The notes below the pieces were generated by a model that worked only from the letters and a program-made list of their open reading frames with translations, did not search any database and had not been told where the DNA came from. Made by a program: the position numbers and the translations under genes. This document shows, piece by piece, positions 39,901 through 51,900 of a stretch of 64,000 nucleotides of DNA. How positions within the stretch are numbered: position 1 is the first letter of the stretch; each line of letters starts with the position of its first letter. Source of the DNA: Botryllus schlosseri (taxonomy: Eukaryota); the NCBI GenBank assembly GCA_051294905.1, contig CM119371.1, forward strand, positions 31,312,001 through 31,376,000, written 5' to 3'.

Positions 39901-42900
39901 TCACATTATCCGTTGGTTGACTACAAAAAAGGTCAACTCTACGGCTCAGTTCGCGAAATAGCTTCCGGAGCGTTACTTCAGTGCTGATTTACTGTATCTT
40001 AGTCGAATTTTACCCTATGTTTACGAAAATTCTCAAATAAGAGGACAAAATCTCAAAATGGAGGACATTTGGGCGTCCTCGGAGGACATTTTCAAAAACC
40101 TCAAAAAGGAGGACAAATACTCCTAAATGAGGACATATGGTAACCTTATCTACAAAGATTCTGCTATGCGGTACGGACACGCACTTGCATTGTACAATCC
40201 CGTCGCAGAACATGGAATTTGATAGACACTGAGAACCATCCGAGCACGCGAATTCCGCATAGCCGCAGGTCGATCCTATAACATGTTTTTTGGTGGTTAT
40301 CATATTGTCTACAGTCACAAAATTATTATACCAAGATATGGGCCACGCCTCACAGCAGAATCGCCTGTATAAGCGTTAAGCATGGTGCTAACCCTTGTAA
40401 AGTTCTGGTCGGTGTGAACGCCATGACAAAACGTTGATTATGAAGACGACCGTGAACACGAACCACTGATATCACCGATTCGTCATGTCACATATCGACA
40501 ATTGTTGAGGACTAAGTATTTTCCTAAACGGATTGACATCATGTTTACATTGAGCCGTTTGAAAATATGATGGTGGTAATATTACTTTTTCAAAAAGTGT
40601 AGATCAGTGGTCGGGGACCTTTTTTGTCCGAAGAGCCATATTTGCCCTATTTTTTACATGTCAATCAATTGTTACGTCACAATTGAAAATTCGTGACGTC
40701 ATGGTAGCACTAATTCGAACCCACTACATGGGATTTCTCCTGTGCGCCATATTTTCTCTGTAGAAACGGGTATTTATTGTTCGAAAATAAAGCTCGAAAC
40801 GAGATGTAAGGCCCAGACGGGCCAAGCCTCACCACTGATAACGCAATTCAAAGTAAGTAGCTTAGAATTTGGTATAATTGATATTATTCGAATGTGACTG
40901 TCACACTGATTCCGAAATTCTAAATACTTATGGACTTCCCAATTCTCAAAGCATTCGGCGGTAATATAGCGTTGCGCTACATGCATATATTTTATCGCCG
41001 GTAGGCTATGACACAGAGCTATATACTTACGAATCAAGAACGTGGATAGCTATGGCGTTGTTTGTAATTCGAGTTTGTAATTGTGAATGTCACATCCACA
41101 ACAGTTCATTTCGCGCCTTAGATCAGAAAGACAACGTGTATTTGAAAATTGCGTTTTGAAATGGGCGTTGCCATGTCTGCTATGCTCTTTGATTATTCAA
41201 CGTATCGCATAATGCAAGACTTAGAGTCGGGTACATAAAATTCGCGAGTGATATTGGCGGCCGGCGTGACAGTCACTTAAATCTGATGATTTTGAAAAGA
41301 TGGGGTCCAAGCCCCTAAACCTGAAGACGGCATTGTCTTTATCTCTCAAAGACATGTTTATAATGCCACGAGATTAATTATTCCGACCGTGATGAAAATT
41401 TACAGAAAAATCGCTGCAATATTGATCAATTCAGTACAAAAATAAATATTTGGCAGAGAGCCATATCTATTACCCAAAAGTGCCATATATGGCTCGCGAG
41501 CCATAGGTTCCCGACCACTGGTGTAGATAGTAGTAGCAATTGAGCTCATTAATTGTTCAGACTACATTCATTCATGCATGAACAAAAGTACATACGTAAC
41601 TTTTGTGTAGGCCTATATTTGATTAGATTGATAGATGCTGTATTCTTAAGTCCGCTGTAAAAATAGAAATAATATGGATTGTTGTATACAATTTTCGCTA
41701 TTTTATTTGAATTTTCCGATTGGAGTATTGTTGGAAAGCGCTTTTGCCTTTCTTTCCACGCCCCTGTCGGCATGATCATATAGAGGCTACATGTTTCAAT
41801 CAAGATCAGTAATCATGATGCGTTTGGTGACTTTAGTAAGATATGTCATTGGAATTGAAACGTATCTTATGAAGTTTTATAGTAACTCGTTCGTAACCCT
41901 TAATCCGAAATGTGGTCCCTTTTGACAGTGTCAGATTTAATTTTTGTGAATTACCAATGGCAGTACCCAGACTCTGTCACACGCATGCCCTTTTAGAGAT
42001 AAGATGCAAAGGTTTGATAAAAGCATGACTCTCCCTTCAGGCATGTCTGAAACACAATGACGGTCGTGTCATCACAATTCATACGTAGGATTGAGACTGT
42101 GACCTCCAGGAAACCTCTGAAAAACTGACTCAGCGAGCTCCTCGAGTTCCCGGAAGCGTCGATTAGGAACAACAGTTTTGCATACGGCCAGATTCCATAT
42201 CAGTAGGCCTACTCTCACCGAAACATAAGCTGTTCTGATATGGTTCGAGACTAGGTTCTAGTACGCAAATCCATGTTACGACCGGTGGTTGATATCGATA
42301 GTAGGAATCATGTCCTCCTCCGTGGCAAAACTTGGTATTGGGATCGTAACTGATGTTACTGTATCTCAACGGCGGCTCGTCCGATTTGTCTCTAAATGAG
42401 AATCATGCATTCAATTGACGATGTCTGGATTGCCTGCAGTAATTTGTAAAGAAAATGACCAAGATCCTAATCCTTGAAACTACAGCGACAGAAAAACCCG
42501 AAAAAGTTTAGTCGCGTGACTGCACTGTAAGCCAGTGGTTCCCAACCTTTTTCGACTCATCGCCCGCTCATCAAGCTCGACACATATTTTTATCCCCCTC
42601 CCCCCCCCCCCAATATGTACAGATCCGAAAAAGAGGACATATACAAGGGAAATTTAGTCACCTAACTCTGTTCGCTGGTGAATTGACTAAAAAATGTCAT
42701 TTTTCCAAGTAGCTGCTCGGAAAACCGGTTTCCGCGTCTACTTTTCGTTGAGTTGTCCTTTTGTATAGTCAACTTTTGTGTCATATGCATAATAAACTAT
42801 CTTCACGTGCATTTTTTTGGCCGCGGTAATTAAATATAACTTGTAGGAAGTTCTACTATATTCGCTCCTTTTCTCCCTCCTCCAGTCGCCCCTTTTCTCA

Positions 42901-45900
42901 CCCACTTGTTTCTCAAAATCGACCACTAGGGACGATATCCCCACGTTGGGAACCACTGATGTAACCAAACAACAAAATGACATTTGCCAACCACTTCCGT
43001 ATGGAATTTTCTCCATCGCCTCCATCAATCGTGAATTGAGTTATCTTTGTTTCGGATGATGTGAGGACAGGTGACTTTCGAATGCAATAATATGCTCCAT
43101 AATGTCTATCATCAATAAATTGAAGGCATTCTATGTATTGAGGTAAAGGTGTTATACCAATCCCAAGGAATCACCATGCTCCACAAAATTTAAAAGCAGG
43201 GCAGGGACAAGATTTTGTAACTCATCGTTCACTTATTCAGCTCGACCTGTATTTATCGCTCCTAACAATCCTGGGATATTTGCAAAGAAGAAAATCAACT
43301 TTTATGAGGCATTCAAGTAGCTTTCATCCACTTGTATCACTCTAATGCAGCGCGTTTTTAAACTTCTTTAGACACGCCCCTTGACGATAGTGAAAAAGTC
43401 CCTGCCCCGTACCGTCATATCCGAAAAACTATTAAAAAGAGCAACCCGAATGTTCGCAATTCCAACGCTAGTTTATGGCATGGAAGATTGTTGCGAAACT
43501 TCTCAATTATGAAATTGACAATACACAAAGAAATAATACGACTGGAAGTAAATTGCGCTGAGCGCAAAAAGTTCTTCAGTGGAATATTTTGTCAAAAAAT
43601 CAAATGCAGGTAGCACGATATAGGTGTCGAATCCCTTCTATTACCTCACTTAAGCTTCTCTCATACGCACTGGACCATAAGCTAATAATGAATCAATGGC
43701 GCGTGTGACAAGCCATTCAAACTTGGCACTTATTCGAGAGATAAACAACAGGTGCTGCGCAAGATTGATTCAATTGAGGACTATTGCGCGGTCTAAAATG
43801 CGCTTCTTAAGATTGGTATTCAAGAAAATGTGTCCAAATTTAGAATACTCGGACGAGTTGCTACCGAGACGTTGCAAGTCACTTCGATTCGATTCCTTGT
43901 TGCTATATATTCAAGAGGCATATTATTCGTGGTATATGTTGTCGCAGAATACCACTTTCGCTACGGACCAATGATTCTTTATGACGCATGAATGATGGTA
44001 TTGGCATTGGCACCACGAACCTTTCACATCACGTGGCGCACTACATGATATCGGTCGCATATTATAGTTTGGCTTGAATTATTGTAGTTAGGGTTCTACT
44101 TGGCTTTGATGTTATTTAATTCGTATTATTTGTTTGTATGAAGAATTTGGATTGCTATAAATTATTTGGTCAGTTGTATATAATCGCTGGGAATTTGGAT
44201 CATTAAAAACCTTCCGGATGCTTTCAGGCCTCCCAGTTTGAGAACCACTGCCCTAATTGTTTTGTTCGTGTATGGCTTCAATTCTACAAATTTGAATCAG
44301 AAATGCTGATACTATGCTGCACTTAATTATGTGTAGTGTTGAGTGGTTTAAGGATCCACTCAAATTACTTTTATTAGAGATTGAATCAACATACTTAGGC
44401 CCAGTTTGGAGTTCAAATCTTTCGCGATGAAATATGTATTTCATAAAGTGAAACGCATAGTAACTTGTTCATTATGCATGAACGTTCATCGGTCGAAAAT
44501 TTAACTTCACAAGAAACTGAAAATACATGCCCAAACACTTTTCATGTATTGCCAGGCTTGTTTATTTTTGGATAATGGGTTTTATTTTTGGAGATTCTCC
44601 AAAAATAAGATTTGAAAACATCCAAAAATGAGATTTTTTTGGATGATGTTTTCTCAAGTTTTTCGGTAAAATAAACAAGTCAGAGCGATGTAAACGACCA
44701 GAAAACTCATGAAAACACACATAAACAGCATGTATGTGAGGGAGGGGTCACCGAAACGCTAAAACTACTTCCGCTCACTCCACTTCACGTTTCTGCTGAC
44801 CTTGCCCTTCCTCCCCTCCACCTTTGTACTCCAAGTTTCACAGTGCGACACATAGAGAAGACGGGAAGGCAGCTTGAGTGAGGCAAAGGGAACGGCGAAA
44901 TCATACACCGCCACCTCTGTCACGATCACTTCGTCCACACGATGACGGGACTGATCTGCTGATGCTTCAGACGGCAACGCAACTTGATCCAGTAGATGGG
45001 AAGTGCGCGCCCCAAGTTTGTTGTCGCTCGTTTATTGTCAATGAAGAGGGTGGCCTCTTGGTTGATTGGAAACCGTACCAAACTCCTTTAGGTTATGGAT
45101 GAGAACAGTCCGGAGTGTGCACCTTCGCTGCAGTGGTGAATCCAGCTGATCTCTCTCGATCGCATGGTCACGGTCTCACAGAGCTGAGCACCACCGTCAC
45201 GAAGCTTCATGGTCTTGACGTTCTGATCATGGAGCAGCAGGAGCTCATGCGCCTTGTCGAACGCCTTCGAGCTCTGTGTCCGGGCGAGTACTGGGACAAA
45301 GAGGACCGCCACAAGGAAGGTTTTCTGGTCAGAGGGTGTTGGCCTGTCAAGTTCAATGAGGCACGCAACTTCGTGGAGGATCAGAGGTTTCAAGCGCATT
45401 ACTGACGAGCGCTTGTCAGGAGCAAAGGCTTGGAAGATTGGAGAGTTTGAAGAATTGGACATTCCTTCATTTTTGGACCCCTAACCTCGATGTTTACCAC
45501 AATTGCGACGTTCGAGGCCGATATCTCGAAAATCAAGTGGGAGGAGGGTCTCGGCGGGGCGTCTCGCAATGATTGATATTCTTTAGAAGGCATTCTTCAG
45601 GCCAAAGACTAAATTTGTGAAGAATGTATTGGAAAGTTAGATCAAGATCACTGATGATATCTATGTGTTGGAGGACTGGAATACAGGATAATAACATACT
45701 TTTGGTGGAGTTTTTCAGTAGTAATAGGGCTCAAAACACCTTCATTTCTTATTTTTGGAGATTCTTCAAAAAAAAATTTTAAAACATCCAAAACTAAGCT
45801 ATTTTTGTTATTTTTAAATAAACAGGCCTGTATATTGCCCACCAGGGTGATCCTCAAAAACGAATTTTGGAAAGTTGGTGGTCTGACTCTCTTAAAATGT

Positions 45901-48900
45901 TCCGTTTGGTTGAAAATTATCCTGTGTAAAATTTTAGTGATATTCATTAATGTTTAGAGGTGGCTCAATGGATCCGAAATTCTACCCATATTTGGTATTG
46001 CACACGTATGGTCACTTCATAGTGGCTATTGAGTCAATGCATGAAAGCCTGGATTACCTCGTCTGGGTATTAGCTGATCATTGGCAGAGTGCCATGATGA
46101 CCAATATCATTTTATTTTGTCAAGTAAGCTCTGCTTGAGGGTGTTTGGGCACATTTTTGCGGAGGTCAGCAACAAGCCCAAATGCAAACTGCAGCTGCTA
46201 CTCGTTTTTCGTGAGATGGGCATAAACACCCTCGATCATTGTGTTGGACGTTCTGTGTGGTCGCTGGAGACAGACAATGTGAGTGTGAAGATTTTTGCAG
46301 CAATAAAACTAGACTGCCCCTTATACTGAGCTGCCGGATATTCAAGAAAACCATCGAAAGTCTCAAATTGTCTTAAAATAAGTGTTGTATTCTTCGTCGA
46401 TGTAAGTATTCTCTGGAGTGTGTCTGAATTTAATATTTACACACTCTATTAGTTATTGTTACACTTCCGTCTCTTTGATAGCAGCAACTATCTTATCCTT
46501 GGTGCCCTTGTCCAGATCGTCATCAAACAACAACACGCCAATCAACCCCGCAGACGGAAACCATGTCGTGTTTTCATCGAGAGAAAGCAAAGGCGCTTAT
46601 GCAAGTGTTGAGCGAATTCACCGTTTCAGTACGGATCCACTATCAGTGAATACAAATATACAAAGCTTAACAATGACACTATACGTTGTGTGATCTTATT
46701 GGGCTGAAGCTGTAGTATATAGGTGACGTTTTGAATGCTCTAGGGATCGGCGGAATCAGCCGGTTATGGTTGGTCCTTATCAGATGCTTACAACAAATTG
46801 AATGCACTTGTAGGCGTTGTTAAAGTCCTTAATGATAACGCAGAAAAGAGGTGGTAATGTACGCACACTCGTACAGGCTGGGCTGGATATGGTATGTCAA
46901 AGTCCTTATTGATCCCGCAGAAAAGAGGTGTAAAGAAAAGCACAGAATATGCTACATATAGTATCCAGCATAGTTTGGATATCATATCCAGCATAGCCTT
47001 GCTTACCTTAAACCTCTTTTCTGCAGCATCATTAAGGACTTCTTCAAGTCTTATAAGTGAATTCAATTTGCTGTAAGTATAACTGCCAAGCATAACCGGC
47101 CGATTCAGTCGATCCGTAGAACCTTCAATACTTCTTTATATACTACAACTTGGATCCAATAAGATCACACAAAGTATAGTGTCATTGTTAAGCTTTATAT
47201 ATTTGTATTTACTGATGGTGGATCCGTACTGAAACGGTGAATTCGCTCAACACTTGCATAAGCGCCATTGCTTTCTCTCGATGAAAACACGACATGTAGG
47301 CTTCAGCCGTTTCCTTCACAATGAAGCAGTCATGCTGTAAAAGCTTCTGTGAAGCAGGTGTTGTTTGTTCATCATGTATTTCGTACCTCAACATGTCCTG
47401 AATTAATCTTAAATCATCACCTGCCAAACTACTAACAATGCGCACTCAGAATCCCCGCCGGTAGCAGACTTCTTGAACACCTGATCAGCAAGCTGCTGCT
47501 GCCGTGGTCATTGAAGCATAGCCGATTAGCCAATCAAGAGCCGTGGTTATTTGATTACCAGTCTTCTCGCCGTTCTATGGTCAGTGGCACGCCCATTCTT
47601 AAGCAGCTACTTTCAAACGCTTTGACCGAAATCTTAACGGCTTTCCTGTAAGCTTCTTTCAGGCTAATTGTTTTTTTTTATCAATAATCTATAGAATGAG
47701 ACACAATCACGGAGACTTTTTGAGATTTTCCAAATTTTGGACAACCCTAATGTATAATGATCAGTTGTCGAGTCTTCAAATGTAGTATGGTCAATATGAC
47801 GTCATCTTCTTTTGAAGCACTTGAACAAGCGAACATCAGGAGCAGATGAAGTTACCAGGGCTTCCGAAAAGACTGACACAGACCAAGCATCTGCTCTAAA
47901 AGAATGCAGGTTTTTAAGCGCCGATCGGCATCGAAACATATCTTCTAGATCTTTTTCTTTAAATCCCCGTCTTTCAGAATAGAAAAGATAGCCTCAGCAT
48001 ATGCGTTTCATATCCTAGATCAGGGGTTCTCAAATTCCCTCGTATAACGGGTCGCATTTTACCAGCAAAAGACCCTGCGGGCCGCAGAACATTATCACCA
48101 CGTATTTGTGAGCTACTATTAAATTTAGGCTACTGTAGCCTATTACCAGTCTTATATGGGCATTTAGTACATTTTTATGCATTCTAAAGCATCAATGGAC
48201 AACGTTCATAAGTTTGCAGTTGCTGTTTTTTGTGAGAATATCTATCTTCCAGCGGCGCAAGTAAATCCCTTCGTGGAGCGTGCATTGCATTCGCTGCTAA
48301 GTCGGTATATGCCACTTCAGATCCTTCAACCAGAGAACCGAACTCTCTGTTTCAATGCGTGAGCGAGCAACTATAAAATTACGGCAACTTCTTGGTTACA
48401 GAGGCCATTATCAGTTTAGGCTCTCAGTGATATGAGAAGTCTGGCGTTCGGGGGTCACTTCTGAGCAAACCGATCAACCCTTCTCCTTTCTTTTCATGGC
48501 TGGAGCCCTGCACCAATAGTTACAGAAGTCAGGTTTGCCAGATTGATGTTTTTACTGGCACCCTCCCCACATTTTCACCGTCAACATTTCCTCCTGAAAT
48601 ATGTCCAGTCTGATAAAATGCACCCGGATAATTAGCTATGCAATGTGTGTGAAGTCGGTGGATTCGTCCAATGCTAGGCTAAAGTAGTCTACAAAGCAAC
48701 GTGTTTCAGAACATGCGATAAAAGATCGACTGACATTGCTGTTACTCTTCTGGTGACGGTTGAATCAGACAACTGTAGCCTCGAAATTTGTTGGCATTGC
48801 TGCTAAATTCCAGAAACAGCGAATATTCGCACAGTACGTTAAAGTTTTATTGAAGTCACATATTCCCTAGCAGATTCTTGGGTTTAGCGATACTTCAAGC

Positions 48901-51900
48901 AATTTTGAACGATGCATCTGTAACGTCGTCGTCAATATTAATAATGCATGGAAATATGAATTGCTGGGCTTTTGACACCGAGCAACATTTTCTCTAAGAT
49001 CAGGTTATATGTATAACTTCAGAAGAAACTATCGTGGTATCATTTTAAGCTTCCACGATTCGTTACAACAACTGTTCTTCGAAAAATATGACACATCGAT
49101 CTTCCATAACAATACCGTTCCAGTAGTAATTGCGTTCATAATGAAAGATGTCGCGGGCCGCAAAATAATAGTCTGCGGGCCGCGGGTTGAGAACCCCTGT
49201 CCTAGATGGTAACTTCGGGACTGAGTAGTAGCTGTGATTGTCCAGTATTGTCACTAGCATAGGCAGTCAGTCAACAGTCTCCATTCCAGTGTCATTTGGG
49301 ATTGGTTTGCCATCCCCGTGCAAAATGAATGGAAACTGTGGGTCTAGCTAATATTTAATTTCTTCGGAGATGATTCTACTATTAACTAATAAAGAGCGTG
49401 AAATTATTACCTTGAAAAACGTTCGATAGAAGACTTTATTCAACTTCACGACGAAGAAATTGACAATTATTTTAAGAAACTCGAGTCTTTCAGATGTTTT
49501 TCTTGAACATCAGGATTCTCAGAGGAAAAAGCAACCTAGTTTCATTGCCGCAGAAACTTTTATCAGCACATTGGTTGTCACCAGCTACAAGGCTTAATAT
49601 TCTATTGCATTAGTTGAGGAGTTTTCTGGCCATATCACAAAGGACAAGGAGCAACTGCAATTTGCATTTGTAGTTTTTGCTGACCAACGCGAAAAAGCTC
49701 CCTAACACTCTGAAACTGGCCTAACTGGGCAACGGCAATTGCTATAAGTCATATTGACATCCCAGCCGGAATCCAGGAATCCAGGCTTAAACGTTGGTCA
49801 GAGAGCAGCTACAGAAGTGACTATATGTGCTTTACACTGCAAATGGATAGAATTTCGGATCCATTGAGCCACCTCCAAACATTAATGGAAATCAATTAAA
49901 TGTCACACAGTTTATTTTTGTAGTCAAAAGTAACATTTTGGCAGGGTCAGACCAACAACTTTCCAAAATTCGTTTTCTAAGGACCACCCTATTGCCCATC
50001 TATAACCTCCTAACATTTTCGTCTACGATTCGATACATTTGATTTTGTTGCTCCATAATCTCGCAAAATGTCCACTAGAGGGTAACATCGCTCGCATTCA
50101 GAATAACGACATAGGGCTTGGCAAAATAATGACGCTATTACGAGGAAACGCCTACCGGCAATCGGCTTTTCCATCGCAAAATTCCGCGTTCATCACACAC
50201 TCAGATCCATCGAAGCAAGCAAAGGTGTCTTTAGAACAGCGCGGACCTGGAATATATGCATCAATGACTCGAGTCTACTTCTATGCGGGTTTTAATTATG
50301 TAGTCGTTCAATTGCTAACGCAAGTCATAGGAATAGGACGTTGTATATTTTGTCCTCGATGTTTTTGCGACATATGCACGAACTCATGATACAAACACAC
50401 ACAATAAGTGTGCATAATGCATATGCATACCCGCCATGCTATTCCTGTATTCTTGTGAGTATTACTAACCAGATTTTTGGTCTTACCCGGCCGGGGATCG
50501 AATCAACGACCTACCGATCAAGAAGTCGGACGCTCTACCATTACGCAATCTTGTCTATCCATAACATGGGAACTGCGTGGACAGTCGAAGACAATTTGTA
50601 AGCATGATATGATGTAATAGGGGCGCAAACTTGAGATTGAACGACAGCAAAAATCTTTATCCCTTACTTTTGCAAAATCCTTCTTTATCTTCTGTAAACT
50701 GAGTTGTGACTTCGCAAAGTCGATTGTCTTTGCGACATATGATGTTATCTGTGTTGTTTGAAACGCTGCTGTCGCGATATAGCTCGTCTGAGCCGTCTCT
50801 GAACGATTAAAGAAAAATAGAAAAAATATTGATACGCCACTTTCGTATATTATGACGTAGCCAGAACGGCATTGGTGGTGTTTTATAGTTGTCATGAATT
50901 CATATTAATTCTACATTTAGAAATATAATTCAGTTGTTGTTGTTGCTGCGGCGCATGACTTGTATGTCTGATAAAGAGATTTTTGCCAATTTTTCGCATT
51001 CAGACCACGGCTTCGTAAGCAGAATAGACCGTATCTTTATATATCGTGATCGATCCGGGCATGGCATAGCTTGATCAGACAGAGAGAGAGAGAGAGAGAA
51101 AGTACTTTAGTTTCTCCCGCGTGCGGTGCTGCCACAGTATATGGTGGCTCTGTGCTTCGTGTTATCATTTGGTTGAAGTACCGTGCATACCCTACATACC
51201 ATGCCTTTTCTGCGCCAATCATGTTCATGCTTGGAAACGGCAGTTGTTTTGATCGCGAGTGGCTGTGTTCTGCGTCCTGGTTTCGGGTACGGTATCATTG
51301 TTGAACTACAGTGCCTTCTTGGGACTTAATTTATCGAACATCATTCACGACAATAAGAAAACTTCGACACGACTATAGTTATGGAAAGTCCGTATGAAAT
51401 ATTATATTCACAGTACTTGATCGATTCAGGCATATCGATGAGCCAAATGGGCTTCGTGCGACTTTGATCACGTAACTGGTTGCGCATAGCAAACCGATCG
51501 ACTGGTTAACAAATTACTCTCTTTTTGCATCTGTGCTGTCGGTAACAGTTATAATACTGAAACCTAAGTTTCGTTTTAGGGTTGCAAACGTATAAAAATC
51601 TCGCAGCGAAAGTCACGTGAGACTTGAATATGCTATATGTGTCCGCTAATAGCTACGTGTCGCATTACTTCCGTTGCAAAGTATGGATAGGTATACACGG
51701 GATGTAATGACTCGATTAATAATTTTCTGAGAGTGAATTTATGAACTTTACCAGAAGCACAAGCTTGCCCACCGGAGTATATTTGCTGCGAGCAATCACT
51801 CACTTGGTCGAAGTCGTGCAAATTAGACTAATGATTGATATACCCACTGACAGTTCTTTATCCCGTCGCAAAAGAAAGCCTTTGGCACGCACTGCGATCC

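Larger units (their letters stand above)
45843..49991. mobile_element. hATm-like element with long TIRs and nested insertions
   Basis: About 140-bp imperfect TIRs (CAGGGTGATCCT.../...AGGACCACCCTA), TSD ttgcccac/ttgcccat. Relic IALVEEFSGHITKDKEQLQ near 49600-49660. Confidence 0.82.

Noticed and set aside
51633..51821. ORF DFDQVSDCSQQIYSGGQAC as the module 2 B exon
   Set aside because: It would need an intron of about 20 nt; the true B exon with DGSDE is at 50668-50798
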